Part shown: positions 7,778 to 16,084 of the stretch, piece after piece
How the letters are laid out: every line of letters starts with the position of its first letter
Numbering within the stretch: position 1 is the first letter of the stretch
Virus record (IMG/VR): IMGVR_UViG_3300048592_000611
Span: 1 to 39,985 of that record
From: a virus
Lineage: Duplodnaviria; Caudoviricetes
Length of the DNA stretch: 39,985 bases
Direction: 5' to 3' (one strand)
Notes under the pieces: generated by a model
The model's input: only the letters and a program-made list of their open reading frames with translations
Database searches by the model: none
What the model was told of the DNA's origin: nothing
Position numbers and translations under genes: made by a program

Positions 7778-7823
7778 AAAAAAAAACAGCCTGATTGCGG
7801 AATGGTGAGCGCAATCAGGCTGT
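7778..7823 (-). terminator. Rho-independent terminator
   Basis: 14-bp stem ACAGCCTGATTGCG/CGCAATCAGGCTGT followed by a T9 run on the minus strand. Confidence 0.85.
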
Positions 7824-7860
7824 CAAAGAAAAGGAAAGAATGTGTGAACCTGTTTTCCGC

Positions 7861-7887
7861 ACTATACTAAATGGGAATGCCTGTCAA
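7861..7887 (-). promoter_or_regulatory. Possible sigma70 promoter
   Basis: TTGACA-N15-TATAGT; the spacer is short. Confidence 0.4.
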
Positions 7888-7965
7888 GAAAAAAAGATGA
7901 TTATTTTTTGGCATGTGGAAGGCATTATCGAAAAAAGAAAGGGGAGAGGCTGAATAATATAATCC

Positions 7966-8001
7966 AAAAAAAACCCGATCCGCAAATGCGAACCGGGCTT
8001 T
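7966..8001 (-). terminator. Rho-independent terminator closing the 10214-8058 operon
   Basis: CCCG..CGC/GCG..CGGG stem with T8 run on the minus strand. Confidence 0.7.
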
Positions 8002-8057
8002 CCCTATGTTTTGTGAGCGTTTTTTCTTATGCGGGATGGGCTCCCCCCCGCTTTACA

Positions 8058-8291
8058 CTATGTACAACAACGGCAATTATGATGATTGGGCGGCACTGCG
8101 GAACGGGATAGAATATATTTTTTCCCGAACAATACCTTGTATCTGATTATCCATTCCTGCCCCCATTCATCCATGCCCCGGTACATTTGCATGGAGCAAA
8201 ACCATAATGCCGCTCTGGTATACCATCTCATATTCTTAATCCTATTTATGGTTTTGCCGGGTTTTTCAGGCCCGGCTCTGAACCTTGCCAT
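8058..8291 (-). CDS. Hypothetical protein
   Basis: 77-aa ORF ending before terminator; start uncertain. Confidence 0.5.
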   Translation of the reverse strand: MARFRAGPEKPGKTINRIKNMRWYTRAALWFCSMQMYRGMDEWGQEWIIRYKVLFGKKYILSRSAVPPNHHNCRCCT

Positions 8292-8352
8292 CTGACAATC
8301 TTTTCAGGGTGCATTTTCCGCCTTCAGGGGTGCTTCCCCTGAGAATTTTGAT

Positions 8353-8769
8353 TTATCTGATTTTGTCCGGCCGCTTGCGAAGCCATTCAAATGCGGCCTC
8401 TGAAAAAAACCAGCGATTGCCGATCTTTTTGGCACATCCGGCAGACTCCATTTCAGAAGCAAGCCTGCGGATTGACGGATAGGATATATCAATCTGCTCC
8501 ATAATATCATCCGGCAGATACGGAAAATCCTCCGGAGCTACAATGATTTTCCCGGTTTCGCTGGGGTGCAGTGGCATGCCCGCTCTCTGCCAAATCAGAA
8601 AGGCCAGTTCCGTCCGTACGCTGCCCTGATAGCCTGGGAAAGGCGGATTTGCTGTGATTGCCTCTGCCCTTTTCCGGGCTTCCTGAACGATTTCGCTCTC
8701 CGGTTCCTCAGACAGAATACGCTCCATTTCCATTGCCACAACACTGGTGTTCGAAAAATCTTTTTTCAT
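8353..8769 (-). CDS. Hypothetical protein with C-terminal HTH-like DNA-binding region
   Basis: ISYPSIRRLA...KKIGNRWFFSE resembles excisionase/MerR-like HTH. Confidence 0.6.
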   Translation of the reverse strand: MKKDFSNTSVVAMEMERILSEEPESEIVQEARKRAEAITANPPFPGYQGSVRTELAFLIWQRAGMPLHPSETGKIIVAPEDFPYLPDDIMEQIDISYPSIRRLASEMESAGCAKKIGNRWFFSEAAFEWLRKRPDKIR

Positions 8770-8771
8770 TG

Positions 8772-9017
8772 TTACAATCTACTTTCTTTTTCCTCTTTTT
8801 CCATAGCCATGATAGCAGTTTTTTCAATCATATTCAGGGCAAGATGAATTGCATTTACTCGTTTTTCATCAACATCAGCCCGCATATGCCTGATATGCTC
8901 CAAAATAACTTCGTAAGCGTTCATTGTTTCAATCCTTTCATTGGTTTTGCCGGGGCCGGAACAAGCCCCGGATGAAATATTAAAAACATTATTGAATACT
9001 TCCTGAAATCCTGCCAT
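8772..9017 (-). CDS. Hypothetical protein
   Basis: AGGAG RBS upstream of 9017; alternative start 8924. Confidence 0.55.
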   Translation of the reverse strand: MAGFQEVFNNVFNISSGACSGPGKTNERIETMNAYEVILEHIRHMRADVDEKRVNAIHLALNMIEKTAIMAMEKEEKESRL

Positions 9018-9074
9018 CTTTCTAATCTCCTCTCTTTGTTTGCCGGGGCCATAATCCCCGGAATTTATCCGCCA

Positions 9075-9422
9075 TTATAACGATTCCAACTCCTGCGGGG
9101 TTGCGTCCCGGTAGCTGCCTTTTCTGATGAGCCAGCCATAAACCGAATACCCCTGCCATTTCTCCCGATTGGAATAATATATCGGGTCTGGCTGCCAAGA
9201 ATTTATAACAAAAACACTTTCTATATCCCCATATGACGGTGGATTCATCATTTTCTTGATAATCCGAACAGTGGGGTCTGTTTTATCCCGCATGAAAACA
9301 GAATGCTGGATACGATCCCAATCCCCGGTTGCTTCGAGTGCGGCTGCCTCTTTCGGAGTAAGGTGCGGCATGAAATTATAGGCATTGGGGGTTATTTTAT
9401 CAAAGTTGTGCATTTTTTTCAT
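9075..9422 (-). CDS. Hypothetical protein
   Basis: 115-aa ORF with AAGGA RBS. Confidence 0.65.
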   Translation of the reverse strand: MKKMHNFDKITPNAYNFMPHLTPKEAAALEATGDWDRIQHSVFMRDKTDPTVRIIKKMMNPPSYGDIESVFVINSWQPDPIYYSNREKWQGYSVYGWLIRKGSYRDATPQELESL

Positions 9423-9581
9423 ATCTTTTCCTTTACATGCACCTGCCTTTCGGATAAGGTGCGTTTATGCCTGCCGGGAATCCCTGAAAGGGACTCGGCT
9501 ACCGGACAGGCTGTGTTGTTTTTACAATTCCCTGAAAGGGTGTTGTACCCCCGCCCGGATGCCAGTCCGAGCGGGGATTTT

Positions 9582-9776
9582 TTATTCAATTTCTCCGGAT
9601 GCAGCTCTCAGGGCGGACTCAAAATCCTTCCCCAAAAAGATGATTTCAGACTGACCAAACTCCCGATAATGCCAGCCGACTTCCCCTGTCTGCCAATGCT
9701 CAAACTCTTCAAACCAAACTTCAGGATGCCGACTTCCCCTGTCTGCCAATGACTTATAAATCTGATTCTTTTCCAT
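9582..9776 (-). CDS. Hypothetical protein
   Basis: 64-aa ORF with AAGGA RBS; contains a 24-bp duplication. Confidence 0.55.
   Translation of the reverse strand: MEKNQIYKSLADRGSRHPEVWFEEFEHWQTGEVGWHYREFGQSEIIFLGKDFESALRAASGEIE
9675..9751. repeat. 24-bp direct repeat GCCGACTTCCCCTGTCTGCCAATG x2
   Basis: Exact copies at 9675-9698 and 9728-9751. Confidence 0.9.
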
Positions 9777-9788
9777 TTTTCGGTTCCT

Positions 9789-10214
9789 TTACCATTTTTC
9801 AATTTCATAAATCCCGTCCGGCCCGATGCCAATGACATCAAAATTCAATCCTCTGGGGAGGATTATTTCCTTTTCCCCTTCGTTTCCAGGCAGGCATTTG
9901 TCCAGTTTTTCAATTTTGATCCTGCCTATCATTTTGCCAGGCCATTGCCGGGCTACCTGAATATCAGTGGTGGTGGAGGCGAAAGCCTTATCTTCAAAAG
10001 AATCGCCAACTTTAAATTCAAAATCCCCAAAATTCCTGAAAACCACCATATCCTCTGAAGCTTCTGATTTTTCAAAAGCAGAATCCATATTTTCAATGAT
10101 TTCTGCTGTGTCAATATCATATCTGCCATCTCGCAGCATGATATTGACTTCTGAATAATTTCCACCATGAATATAAAATTCTATGGCATTTTTTTCTTCG
10201 GCAGTCAGTTCCAT
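9789..10214 (-). CDS. ADP-ribosyltransferase (VIP2/exoenzyme-like, R-S-E class)
   Basis: Y...Y..VN..LR, VVFR, FASTT and EKEIILPRG motifs. Confidence 0.85.
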   Translation of the reverse strand: MELTAEEKNAIEFYIHGGNYSEVNIMLRDGRYDIDTAEIIENMDSAFEKSEASEDMVVFRNFGDFEFKVGDSFEDKAFASTTTDIQVARQWPGKMIGRIKIEKLDKCLPGNEGEKEIILPRGLNFDVIGIGPDGIYEIEKW

Positions 10215-10238
10215 GGTTTCAGTCCTTTTGTTTTCGGC

Positions 10239-10298
10239 TTGGGGTTATTCCCTTGCCTTGTTAGATAGGAATATAATCTTTATTGATTATCCTGTCAA
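10239..10298 (-). promoter_or_regulatory. Strong sigma70 promoter plus conserved leader motif
   Basis: TTGACA(10298)-N17-TATATT; upstream A-tracts; GGCAAGGGAATAACCCCAA 12 nt after the -10 box. Confidence 0.75.
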
Positions 10299-10456
10299 GC
10301 ATTTTTTAATCTTTTTTGATTATTTTTTTATAAAATATTTTTATGCAATGATTTCAGGCATGTTTTCAGGCAAAAAAAGGGAACGCATTTTTTTTGCGTT
10401 CCCTTAATATGATTTTTATCTTATATCCCTACAGGAACCTGATCTCAGGAATCCCC

Positions 10457-10657
10457 TTAAATGCCTTCCTTTGATTTCAGGAATATTGCCATATGCTTTT
10501 TTGCCTGCGTGCAAAATTTGGGTTTGCACTCCGGGAAGGTTCCTGTTCTGCTGCCGGGTTTGAAAACTTTTGTCTGTCTGAGTATGCAGGTTTTCAATGG
10601 CATGGAAGATACGCTGTATTTTTCACAGGTTACGGTTATCATAGTCACATGCTCCAA
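10457..10657 (-). CDS. Hypothetical protein (Cys-containing)
   Basis: 66-aa ORF at operon end; start uncertain. Confidence 0.5.
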   Translation of the reverse strand: MEHVTMITVTCEKYSVSSMPLKTCILRQTKVFKPGSRTGTFPECKPKFCTQAKKHMAIFLKSKEGI

Positions 10658-10731
10658 AGATTATAAGCCAAAATTATAGCGGCCATTGCCATGCAAATCA
10701 GGACTGCTGATGCTGCATAAAGTCGTTTCAT
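10645..10731 (-). CDS. Possible 28-aa membrane peptide
   Basis: MKRLYAASAVLICMAMAAIILAYNLWSM*; start overlaps upstream stop. Confidence 0.35.
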   Translation of the reverse strand: MKRLYAASAVLICMAMAAIILAYNLWSM

Positions 10732-10946
10732 CTTAAATCCTCCGGTGGGATGGGTATGGCAACAGGTTCTTGTGTTATCCAGACAGTATCCGGATGATCC
10801 CCGCTTTTTATTACCGGTTTCATCTCTTCAAAATTTACCATTACCAACTCTGAATGGCAATGAGGACAAATTGCGCCGACAGAAGGCGTAAAAACCTGCT
10901 CGCATTTTCGGCAAACCAATTGTAATATGGTTAATCTTCTTGTCAT
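10728..10946 (-). CDS. Zinc-ribbon protein
   Basis: CxxC...CxxC; ATGA coupling and GGAGG RBS. Confidence 0.65.
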   Translation of the reverse strand: MTRRLTILQLVCRKCEQVFTPSVGAICPHCHSELVMVNFEEMKPVIKSGDHPDTVWITQEPVAIPIPPEDLR

Positions 10947-11266
10947 CTGAAATCCTCCGTTCCCAAGTGCAAAATGGATTTGCGGTCTGCATTCCCCTGA
11001 AAACAAAGGTTATTATTTTTAAGGACTGCAAAGGTGGCCGGCACTGCGCCTCGTGCAAAACCACTGCCTTTTCTGTAAGGTGAAACTTCGTAAATGGGAT
11101 AGTATAAACTCAATGCTTCCATATATTTATAAGCGTTGTTCGCTTTTTTCAATCCCATAAAGGATGCCATATCAGCAATGGTAAAGGGCATATCAGGAGT
11201 GCGGGTTTTTATGAATTCAACAGCCTTTACAGATTTGTCAATAACCCCGTGGAAGTCCGGTCTCAT
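10943..11266 (-). CDS. Winged-helix-like DNA-binding protein
   Basis: FTIADMASFMGL...AYKYMEAL pattern; GGAGG RBS. Confidence 0.6.
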   Translation of the reverse strand: MRPDFHGVIDKSVKAVEFIKTRTPDMPFTIADMASFMGLKKANNAYKYMEALSLYYPIYEVSPYRKGSGFARGAVPATFAVLKNNNLCFQGNADRKSILHLGTEDFR

Positions 11267-11448
11267 TTCTGCTCCTCCTGAAAAAGTTCCGGCAGGACAA
11301 CGAAACCCATAACATGCTGATTGGGGTGTTTTGCCTGAAGTTTTGTGAGTATCTGCGTTTCTGTCAATGATTCATTCACGGCCTGAGCGAAAATGCTGAT
11401 GCCCTTTCCGTTGTCAACGGCGTATTGTATCAGTTTAACATTGTGCAT
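11263..11448 (-). CDS. Hypothetical protein
   Basis: Coupled ORF within operon. Confidence 0.55.
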   Translation of the reverse strand: MHNVKLIQYAVDNGKGISIFAQAVNESLTETQILTKLQAKHPNQHVMGFVVLPELFQEEQK

Positions 11449-11842
11449 TGTCACTCTCCTTCCCATTTGCAGTTAAAATGTTTAAAATCTTTTCCAAAGA
11501 TTGCCAGTCTTCATCCGAAAATCTGCAAAGTTTACGAAACAGAAGCGCTCTGTTTTGTGCCAGTTTTGACATCATGCTGTGTATTCCGTGCAGACGCCGT
11601 TGTACCTGCATTTTTTCTTTTTCATCAGGCGTTATAATCCGATACGCTATTTTGCCATATTTGGTTTTATCCCCGACCTCGTAAAAGAAGTCCGTGTCAA
11701 AATCAGGGATTCTGAGTTTGTGCACAGTTCCCCATTCCGTTTGAACCGTTGCCTGCGTTTTTGTGATTTTTGTCACTTTCCCGGCATATCGCATTGACGG
11801 GAAACTGTTATAATATAACTCAGTTCCGACTTTAAGTCCCAT
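11435..11842 (-). CDS. Hypothetical protein with N-terminal beta-barrel
   Basis: LKVG...GKVTKITKTQATV pattern; AAGGA RBS. Confidence 0.65.
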   Translation of the reverse strand: MGLKVGTELYYNSFPSMRYAGKVTKITKTQATVQTEWGTVHKLRIPDFDTDFFYEVGDKTKYGKIAYRIITPDEKEKMQVQRRLHGIHSMMSKLAQNRALLFRKLCRFSDEDWQSLEKILNILTANGKESDNAQC

Positions 11843-11923
11843 TGTCACATCCTTTCTGATGCCCTGCATATCAAATGCAGGGCGGTTAAATCAGTTTTAG
11901 GCTCCTGAAATAATAATTTTAGC

Positions 11924-12076
11924 CTACAGTTGAATGATTTCCTGTTCTGCTTTTTGCCAAAGTTCATAATATTTTCTTGCAATATTATTATAAACTTTTA
12001 CAAGTCTGATGGCATTCGGCAGATCAAGATTATCAAAATCCTTTTCCATCTCTGCAAAAAATTCATCTTTTGTCAT
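11924..12076 (-). CDS. Hypothetical 50-aa protein
   Basis: Manual translation MTKDEFFAEMEKDFDNLDLPNAIRLVKVY...; ATGA coupling, GGAG RBS. Confidence 0.5.
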   Translation of the reverse strand: MTKDEFFAEMEKDFDNLDLPNAIRLVKVYNNIARKYYELWQKAEQEIIQL

Positions 12077-12579
12077 TTTGCTGCTCCTGTCAACGCCCGC
12101 AGGTTGCGGACTGCATTCTCAAGGCTTGGTTTAGTTGCTGACATTACAATGATTTTGCAGTCATCAGCAATTTCCGGCAGTGCATTGCATGGATATTCCG
12201 CTGGCCGTTCCCAGATTCTTTTCCCGTCATTAGGGTCGGTATCGCAGGAAACATAACAAATCATATCAGCAGGCAACTGTCCGTCAATTCTTAATTGCAT
12301 TTCTGCGCCCCAAACCGTGACAGGCATAATCAGGTAGCACCCGATGGCACATGCCGCCCCAAAACGCCCAATCACGCTCCACAGCTTGCCTTCATTCGGC
12401 TTATCCCGCCTGCGGTTTTTGCGGATGTGACCAACGTGCCAGAACCCGCACACATCGCATCGGTAGCAGTGCAGATCAATGCCATTAGTTTTCAGCATGA
12501 TTTTGTAGGCTGCCGCCTTTGTTTCATACCGCTTTTTCCAGCGGCACATCTTCTTTTTCAGAAGTCGTTTTGTTGCCAT
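12073..12579 (-). CDS. Hypothetical protein (CxxC-H zinc motif plus hydrophobic segment)
   Basis: YRCDVCGFWHVGH; GAGGAGG RBS before 12579. Confidence 0.6.
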   Translation of the reverse strand: MATKRLLKKKMCRWKKRYETKAAAYKIMLKTNGIDLHCYRCDVCGFWHVGHIRKNRRRDKPNEGKLWSVIGRFGAACAIGCYLIMPVTVWGAEMQLRIDGQLPADMICYVSCDTDPNDGKRIWERPAEYPCNALPEIADDCKIIVMSATKPSLENAVRNLRALTGAAK

Positions 12580-12580
12580 T

Positions 12581-12835
12581 TCAGTCCTCCTCTGTATAAT
12601 TTTCAGAACACCATTTGCACCATTGCATATGAATATTAATAGGCACTTCATATCTTTTAATTATACAAGGGATACTGCCATTAAGTGATTGCTCATATGA
12701 TTCAATAAGCCCCTTTTTTTCAAGAGAATCTAAGGTCTTACTATTATGTGATAAATCTTTGTTTATGGCAATCTGCTCAAACACTGCCAGTTGTTTTTTT
12801 GTTAAATTCAAAAACCGGTTTGTTGACATTTTCAT
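12581..12835 (-). CDS. Hypothetical winged-helix-like protein
   Basis: LTKKQ..VF...TLDSLEKKGLIE. Confidence 0.6.
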   Translation of the reverse strand: MKMSTNRFLNLTKKQLAVFEQIAINKDLSHNSKTLDSLEKKGLIESYEQSLNGSIPCIIKRYEVPINIHMQWCKWCSENYTEED

Positions 12836-12900
12836 TCCCCTTTCAAAAGAATCAGATGGATTTCACGCAGAAAATTAACCACCAGATTTAATTGTTTTTC

Positions 12901-13134
12901 TTATCCTGTCCGGCATGATAATGTAACAATTTCAGGAGCGTTATCATTGTATGACATCCAAAAATTGTTACCATGCCCAATTTGAAAACGAACAAAACCT
13001 GATTCGATTTGAACTGGACATACACACCCGATCTCCGCCCGTCTGACTGCCATTTCACCATCAATAATCAACACCAGACGCCGGGCCAAATACAACGGGT
13101 CTATTCCTTTTGTCAATTCAATCTCAGTATTCAT
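12901..13134 (-). CDS. Hypothetical protein
   Basis: Coupled ORF with AGGAG RBS. Confidence 0.6.
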   Translation of the reverse strand: MNTEIELTKGIDPLYLARRLVLIIDGEMAVRRAEIGCVCPVQIESGFVRFQIGHGNNFWMSYNDNAPEIVTLSCRTG

Positions 13135-13331
13135 TTTTCAGTCTCCTTTCCGGTTTCATCCTGGGAATATCCATGAATATGCCATCCGGGATGTTTTTTA
13201 TATATTTCAGACATAATTTTTTTATGTGCTGATTCTTTATCGGAATTGTCAGTAATTTCCATAACATGATTTTTATGCTCAAAACCCTTGCCATTATCAC
13301 GCTTTTTATAAATTCCGTACCGGATTTTCAT
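13131..13331 (-). CDS. Hypothetical protein
   Basis: AGGAG RBS; 66 aa. Confidence 0.6.
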   Translation of the reverse strand: MKIRYGIYKKRDNGKGFEHKNHVMEITDNSDKESAHKKIMSEIYKKHPGWHIHGYSQDETGKETEK

Positions 13332-13353
13332 TTTTCAGGCTCCTTTTCGGTTA

Positions 13354-13369
13354 TGTTCCACGTGGAACA
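13354..13369. promoter_or_regulatory. parS: parS site 2
   Basis: Perfect TGTTCCACGTGGAACA, intergenic. Confidence 0.85.
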
Positions 13370-13398
13370 ATGGTTAAACTTTGCAGCACAGGAATATC

Positions 13399-13599
13399 TC
13401 ATTGCCCGTGCTGAATTATTTCCGCTCCTTCGGTTTTTTCACTGAAATCATTAATCGGCATTCTGAAAAGATTTGCATACATTCCCTGTTTTTCAGTGCC
13501 ATTCGGCCATGTCTGATAATACACAATCCCATTACTGACATCATGAATATCAATATCGCCTTTCGGCAATCTCAATGTTATGCCCTTCTTTATTTCCAT
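13399..13599 (-). CDS. Hypothetical protein
   Basis: 66-aa ORF with GGGGG RBS. Confidence 0.6.
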   Translation of the reverse strand: MEIKKGITLRLPKGDIDIHDVSNGIVYYQTWPNGTEKQGMYANLFRMPINDFSEKTEGAEIIQHGQ

Positions 13600-13642
13600 T
13601 TTTCATCCCCCTTCCGGTTATTATGAAATTCAGGATTGATTT

Positions 13643-13795
13643 TCATTGTTCACCGCCTTTTTTCAGTTTGATAAATGCTTTGATTGCCATTCTGATTTGC
13701 ACTGTGAACGGCACGCCTTCTTCTTCTTTGATTCGTTTCATTTCATCATAATATTCATTTGGAATGAACATTTTGATGCCCTTTTCATTTTTCAT
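13643..13795 (-). CDS. Ribbon-helix-helix transcriptional regulator
   Basis: MKNEKGIKMFIPNEYYDEMKRIKEEEGVPFTVQIRMAIKAFI...; CopG/Arc-like pattern; below ORF-track cutoff. Confidence 0.7.
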   Translation of the reverse strand: MKNEKGIKMFIPNEYYDEMKRIKEEEGVPFTVQIRMAIKAFIKLKKGGEQ

Positions 13796-13819
13796 ATCAA
13801 TATCCTTTTTTGGATTGAA

Positions 13820-13864
13820 TTATGTTATGTTTAATTTAATATCATGTCAATAATGTTATGTCAA
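13820..13864 (-). promoter_or_regulatory. Promoter/operator upstream of RHH gene
   Basis: Two TTGACA hexamers (13864, 13850); TTGACA-N17-TATTAA; repeated ACATAAC/TTGACAT units. Confidence 0.55.
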
Positions 13865-13934
13865 TGCAATTCTGATATACATAAAAAAAATGCTGATTAC
13901 ATTCCAGCATGGAACATAATCAGCATTGAAACGG

Positions 13935-14480
13935 TTAGAACGGAAGATCATCATCATCATCTTCAGTCTGCTCATCAGGATATTCAGTTTTTACATCCGG
14001 ATGTGGAGGTGGCGGCTGCTTTTCCGGTTCGGATTTCCGCTGATATGCAGTCTGCCCCTCACCGCCATTGTATGCACTGGAGGCCGGTTCCTGATAATTA
14101 TAATCAGGTTCCGGTTCTGCTCCGCTCTGATTTGCTTTCCCATCATTCACAGAGCCGAGCATCTGCATTGTGGACGCTATGATTTTGGTGGTGTATCTTT
14201 TGTTGCCTTCATTGTCATGCCATTCATCTGTCTGAATTTTCCCTTCAATGTAGACCTGTTTTCCTTTGAAAAGATACTGAGCGCATATTTCCGCCAGTTT
14301 CCCCCAGGCCACAATATTATGCCATTCGGTTTTTTCTTTCTTTGCCCCGGTATTCTTATCAGTCCAGTTTTCGGAAGTTGCAACACTGAAATTGGCGCAT
14401 TGCGTCCCGGATTGCATATGCCGAATTTCCGGATCTTTCCCAAGTCTGCCAACGATAATCGCTTTATTTATGCCTGCCAT
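13935..14480 (-). CDS. ssb: Single-stranded DNA-binding protein
   Basis: [22 protein letters not shown], acidic DDDLPF tail. Confidence 0.97.
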   Translation of the reverse strand: MAGINKAIIVGRLGKDPEIRHMQSGTQCANFSVATSENWTDKNTGAKKEKTEWHNIVAWGKLAEICAQYLFKGKQVYIEGKIQTDEWHDNEGNKRYTTKIIASTMQMLGSVNDGKANQSGAEPEPDYNYQEPASSAYNGGEGQTAYQRKSEPEKQPPPPHPDVKTEYPDEQTEDDDDDLPF

Positions 14481-14680
14481 AATGAATCCCCGTTCTGTGA
14501 CGTTCTGTCACGGTTTGCAAGGCTTTGATTGCGCTTGCTTTTGTAATTAATCACATACTTTTCCCATGCCTGTCTGCCATATCCGGGACGGCATTGATCA
14601 CATATCCCATAGCAGCAGCGCACATCCTTTGCATGGCATTTCAGGCAATCCCTGTTTTCCCATTTGTCGAGATCAAGCAT
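14468..14680 (-). CDS. Small Cys-rich protein
   Basis: CxxC...CxxC; GGAGG RBS. Confidence 0.55.
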   Translation of the reverse strand: MLDLDKWENRDCLKCHAKDVRCCYGICDQCRPGYGRQAWEKYVINYKSKRNQSLANRDRTSQNGDSLWQA

Positions 14681-14762
14681 ATCGCCTCCAAAGTTGCTAA
14701 CCCATAGTCAGGGATGGGTCAGCATGAAATCGTTTAACCTGCGGCATCCTGTGCGCTCAGAT

Positions 14763-15242
14763 TTACATGCTTTTCAACTGCGGCAATGCCTTAATATCCT
14801 GTGCGGCTCCTGCTATCAGCATGGGATATTGACAGGCATCCATATACCGCTGGACGAATTCCTTTTGCACCCATGGCAGATCCTTTTCTGCAATCTGCCG
14901 GAGCCGTTCCACTCCGCCGATCTGCATGAGTGCAATACCGGATTTGCCTTTGATTTTCCGAAGTGAATCTGCGCCATAAAACCGCAATGCACGGATTATC
15001 TTTTCCCACTTGGTCAATGCCTCGATTTCCGATTGCTTTTTTTCGCTGCCTATGCCAAGTTCAAGCAGTTCGGCAGGCTTCGGGAACCATTTTGAATTTT
15101 TCCTGTGCTGGCGGCAGGCAAAGATGAATTGCTCATCTGTCAACTCAGCGGTATCTTCCAGAATCATCTGCATAGCTGTTTTACTGAGTTCCTCTTTGTA
15201 CAGTTCAGCCATTGCCGTTATGATTTCTAATCTTTTTTCCAT
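14763..15242 (-). CDS. Replication accessory protein (helicase loader/inhibitor-like)
   Basis: Follows initiator; SKWFPKPAEL and IGG motifs are typical at this position. Confidence 0.6.
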   Translation of the reverse strand: MEKRLEIITAMAELYKEELSKTAMQMILEDTAELTDEQFIFACRQHRKNSKWFPKPAELLELGIGSEKKQSEIEALTKWEKIIRALRFYGADSLRKIKGKSGIALMQIGGVERLRQIAEKDLPWVQKEFVQRYMDACQYPMLIAGAAQDIKALPQLKSM

Positions 15243-16084
15243 TTTCCCCTCATTTCTGCCATTAATTCAGCGGCATTCTGTGCTGTTTTAACTCCCTTTT
15301 CTGACAATACCCCTGCCATTACAGCGGGATGATTGGCATACTTGCTTTGCGGCTTGCCTTTGGGTTCGAAAACACCTTTCCAGCCGTTCATTACGCTGTT
15401 TTCCAGAATTACATTAGGATCATGACCTCCTTCCCTGAACTGTGTCAGTCTTTTCAGAATCATTGACAGCGCACGGGGTGTGTTGTCTGTCTTTTTGGAT
15501 TTCCGCATGGAAATGAAATCCTGCCATGTTTCCCTGTCGATCCATTCCGGGATTGATATAGGCTTCGGATGCGGTTCAGGATTATTGGCAGTGGAGATAT
15601 TTTCAGATTCATTTACATCTGATGGTTGCTTGCCTCCCCGCCTGTTTTTGATTCTCTTCCCTGATTCTCTTATATGATTCTCTTCTAGAGGGGAGGACGA
15701 ATCCGTCCGCTCATGACAGGACGAATCCGTCCGCTCCGAGAGGACGAATCCGTCCGCTCCGGTGCGGACAACATCTTCTGATTCTGCCATCCAATCATGC
15801 AAAAGGAACTCATACGAATTAGGCTGATTCATACCATGCTGAATTGGTCTGATTAGACGATGTTCTTCCAATTCTTTCAGGTATCTCCTGACATTTCTTG
15901 CTGATGTTCCAAGTGCATTCCCCAGGGTTTCCTGCGCTGGAAAGGCTTTCCCGTTTTTTCCTGCATACTGGGCGAGACGTGCAAAGCAGAGTTTTGCTCC
16001 GGGTGAAATTTCACTTCGTTCCAGCAGCCAATTTGGGATAAAACTGCCAACAAACATCTTGTAAGGATTATAAATTTGTGGCAT
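15227..16084 (-). CDS. Replication initiator (lambda O-like, N-terminal HTH)
   Basis: ISPGAKL...AFPAQETL..ALG...VRRYLKEL HTH; C-terminal W..F..MR...S..NGWKGVF; internal iterons. Confidence 0.85.
   Translation of the reverse strand: MPQIYNPYKMFVGSFIPNWLLERSEISPGAKLCFARLAQYAGKNGKAFPAQETLGNALGTSARNVRRYLKELEEHRLIRPIQHGMNQPNSYEFLLHDWMAESEDVVRTGADGFVLSERTDSSCHERTDSSSPLEENHIRESGKRIKNRRGGKQPSDVNESENISTANNPEPHPKPISIPEWIDRETWQDFISMRKSKKTDNTPRALSMILKRLTQFREGGHDPNVILENSVMNGWKGVFEPKGKPQSKYANHPAVMAGVLSEKGVKTAQNAAELMAEMRGKWKKD
15694..15759. repeat. Three 19-bp iterons (putative origin of replication)
   Basis: AGGACGAATCCGTCCGCTC at 15694, 15718 and 15741 inside the initiator gene. Confidence 0.8.

Noticed and set aside
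9675-9751. Possible mini-CRISPR (24-bp repeat, 29-bp spacer)
   Set aside because: Only two copies, inside an ORF, no typical repeat ends and no cas genes.
13900-13916. Fourth parS-like sequence (CATTCCAGCATGGAACA)
   Set aside because: Only one half-site matches and the spacing is wrong.
15694-15759. Possible CRISPR array
   Set aside because: Spacers are only 4-5 bp and the repeats sit inside the initiator gene, consistent with iterons.
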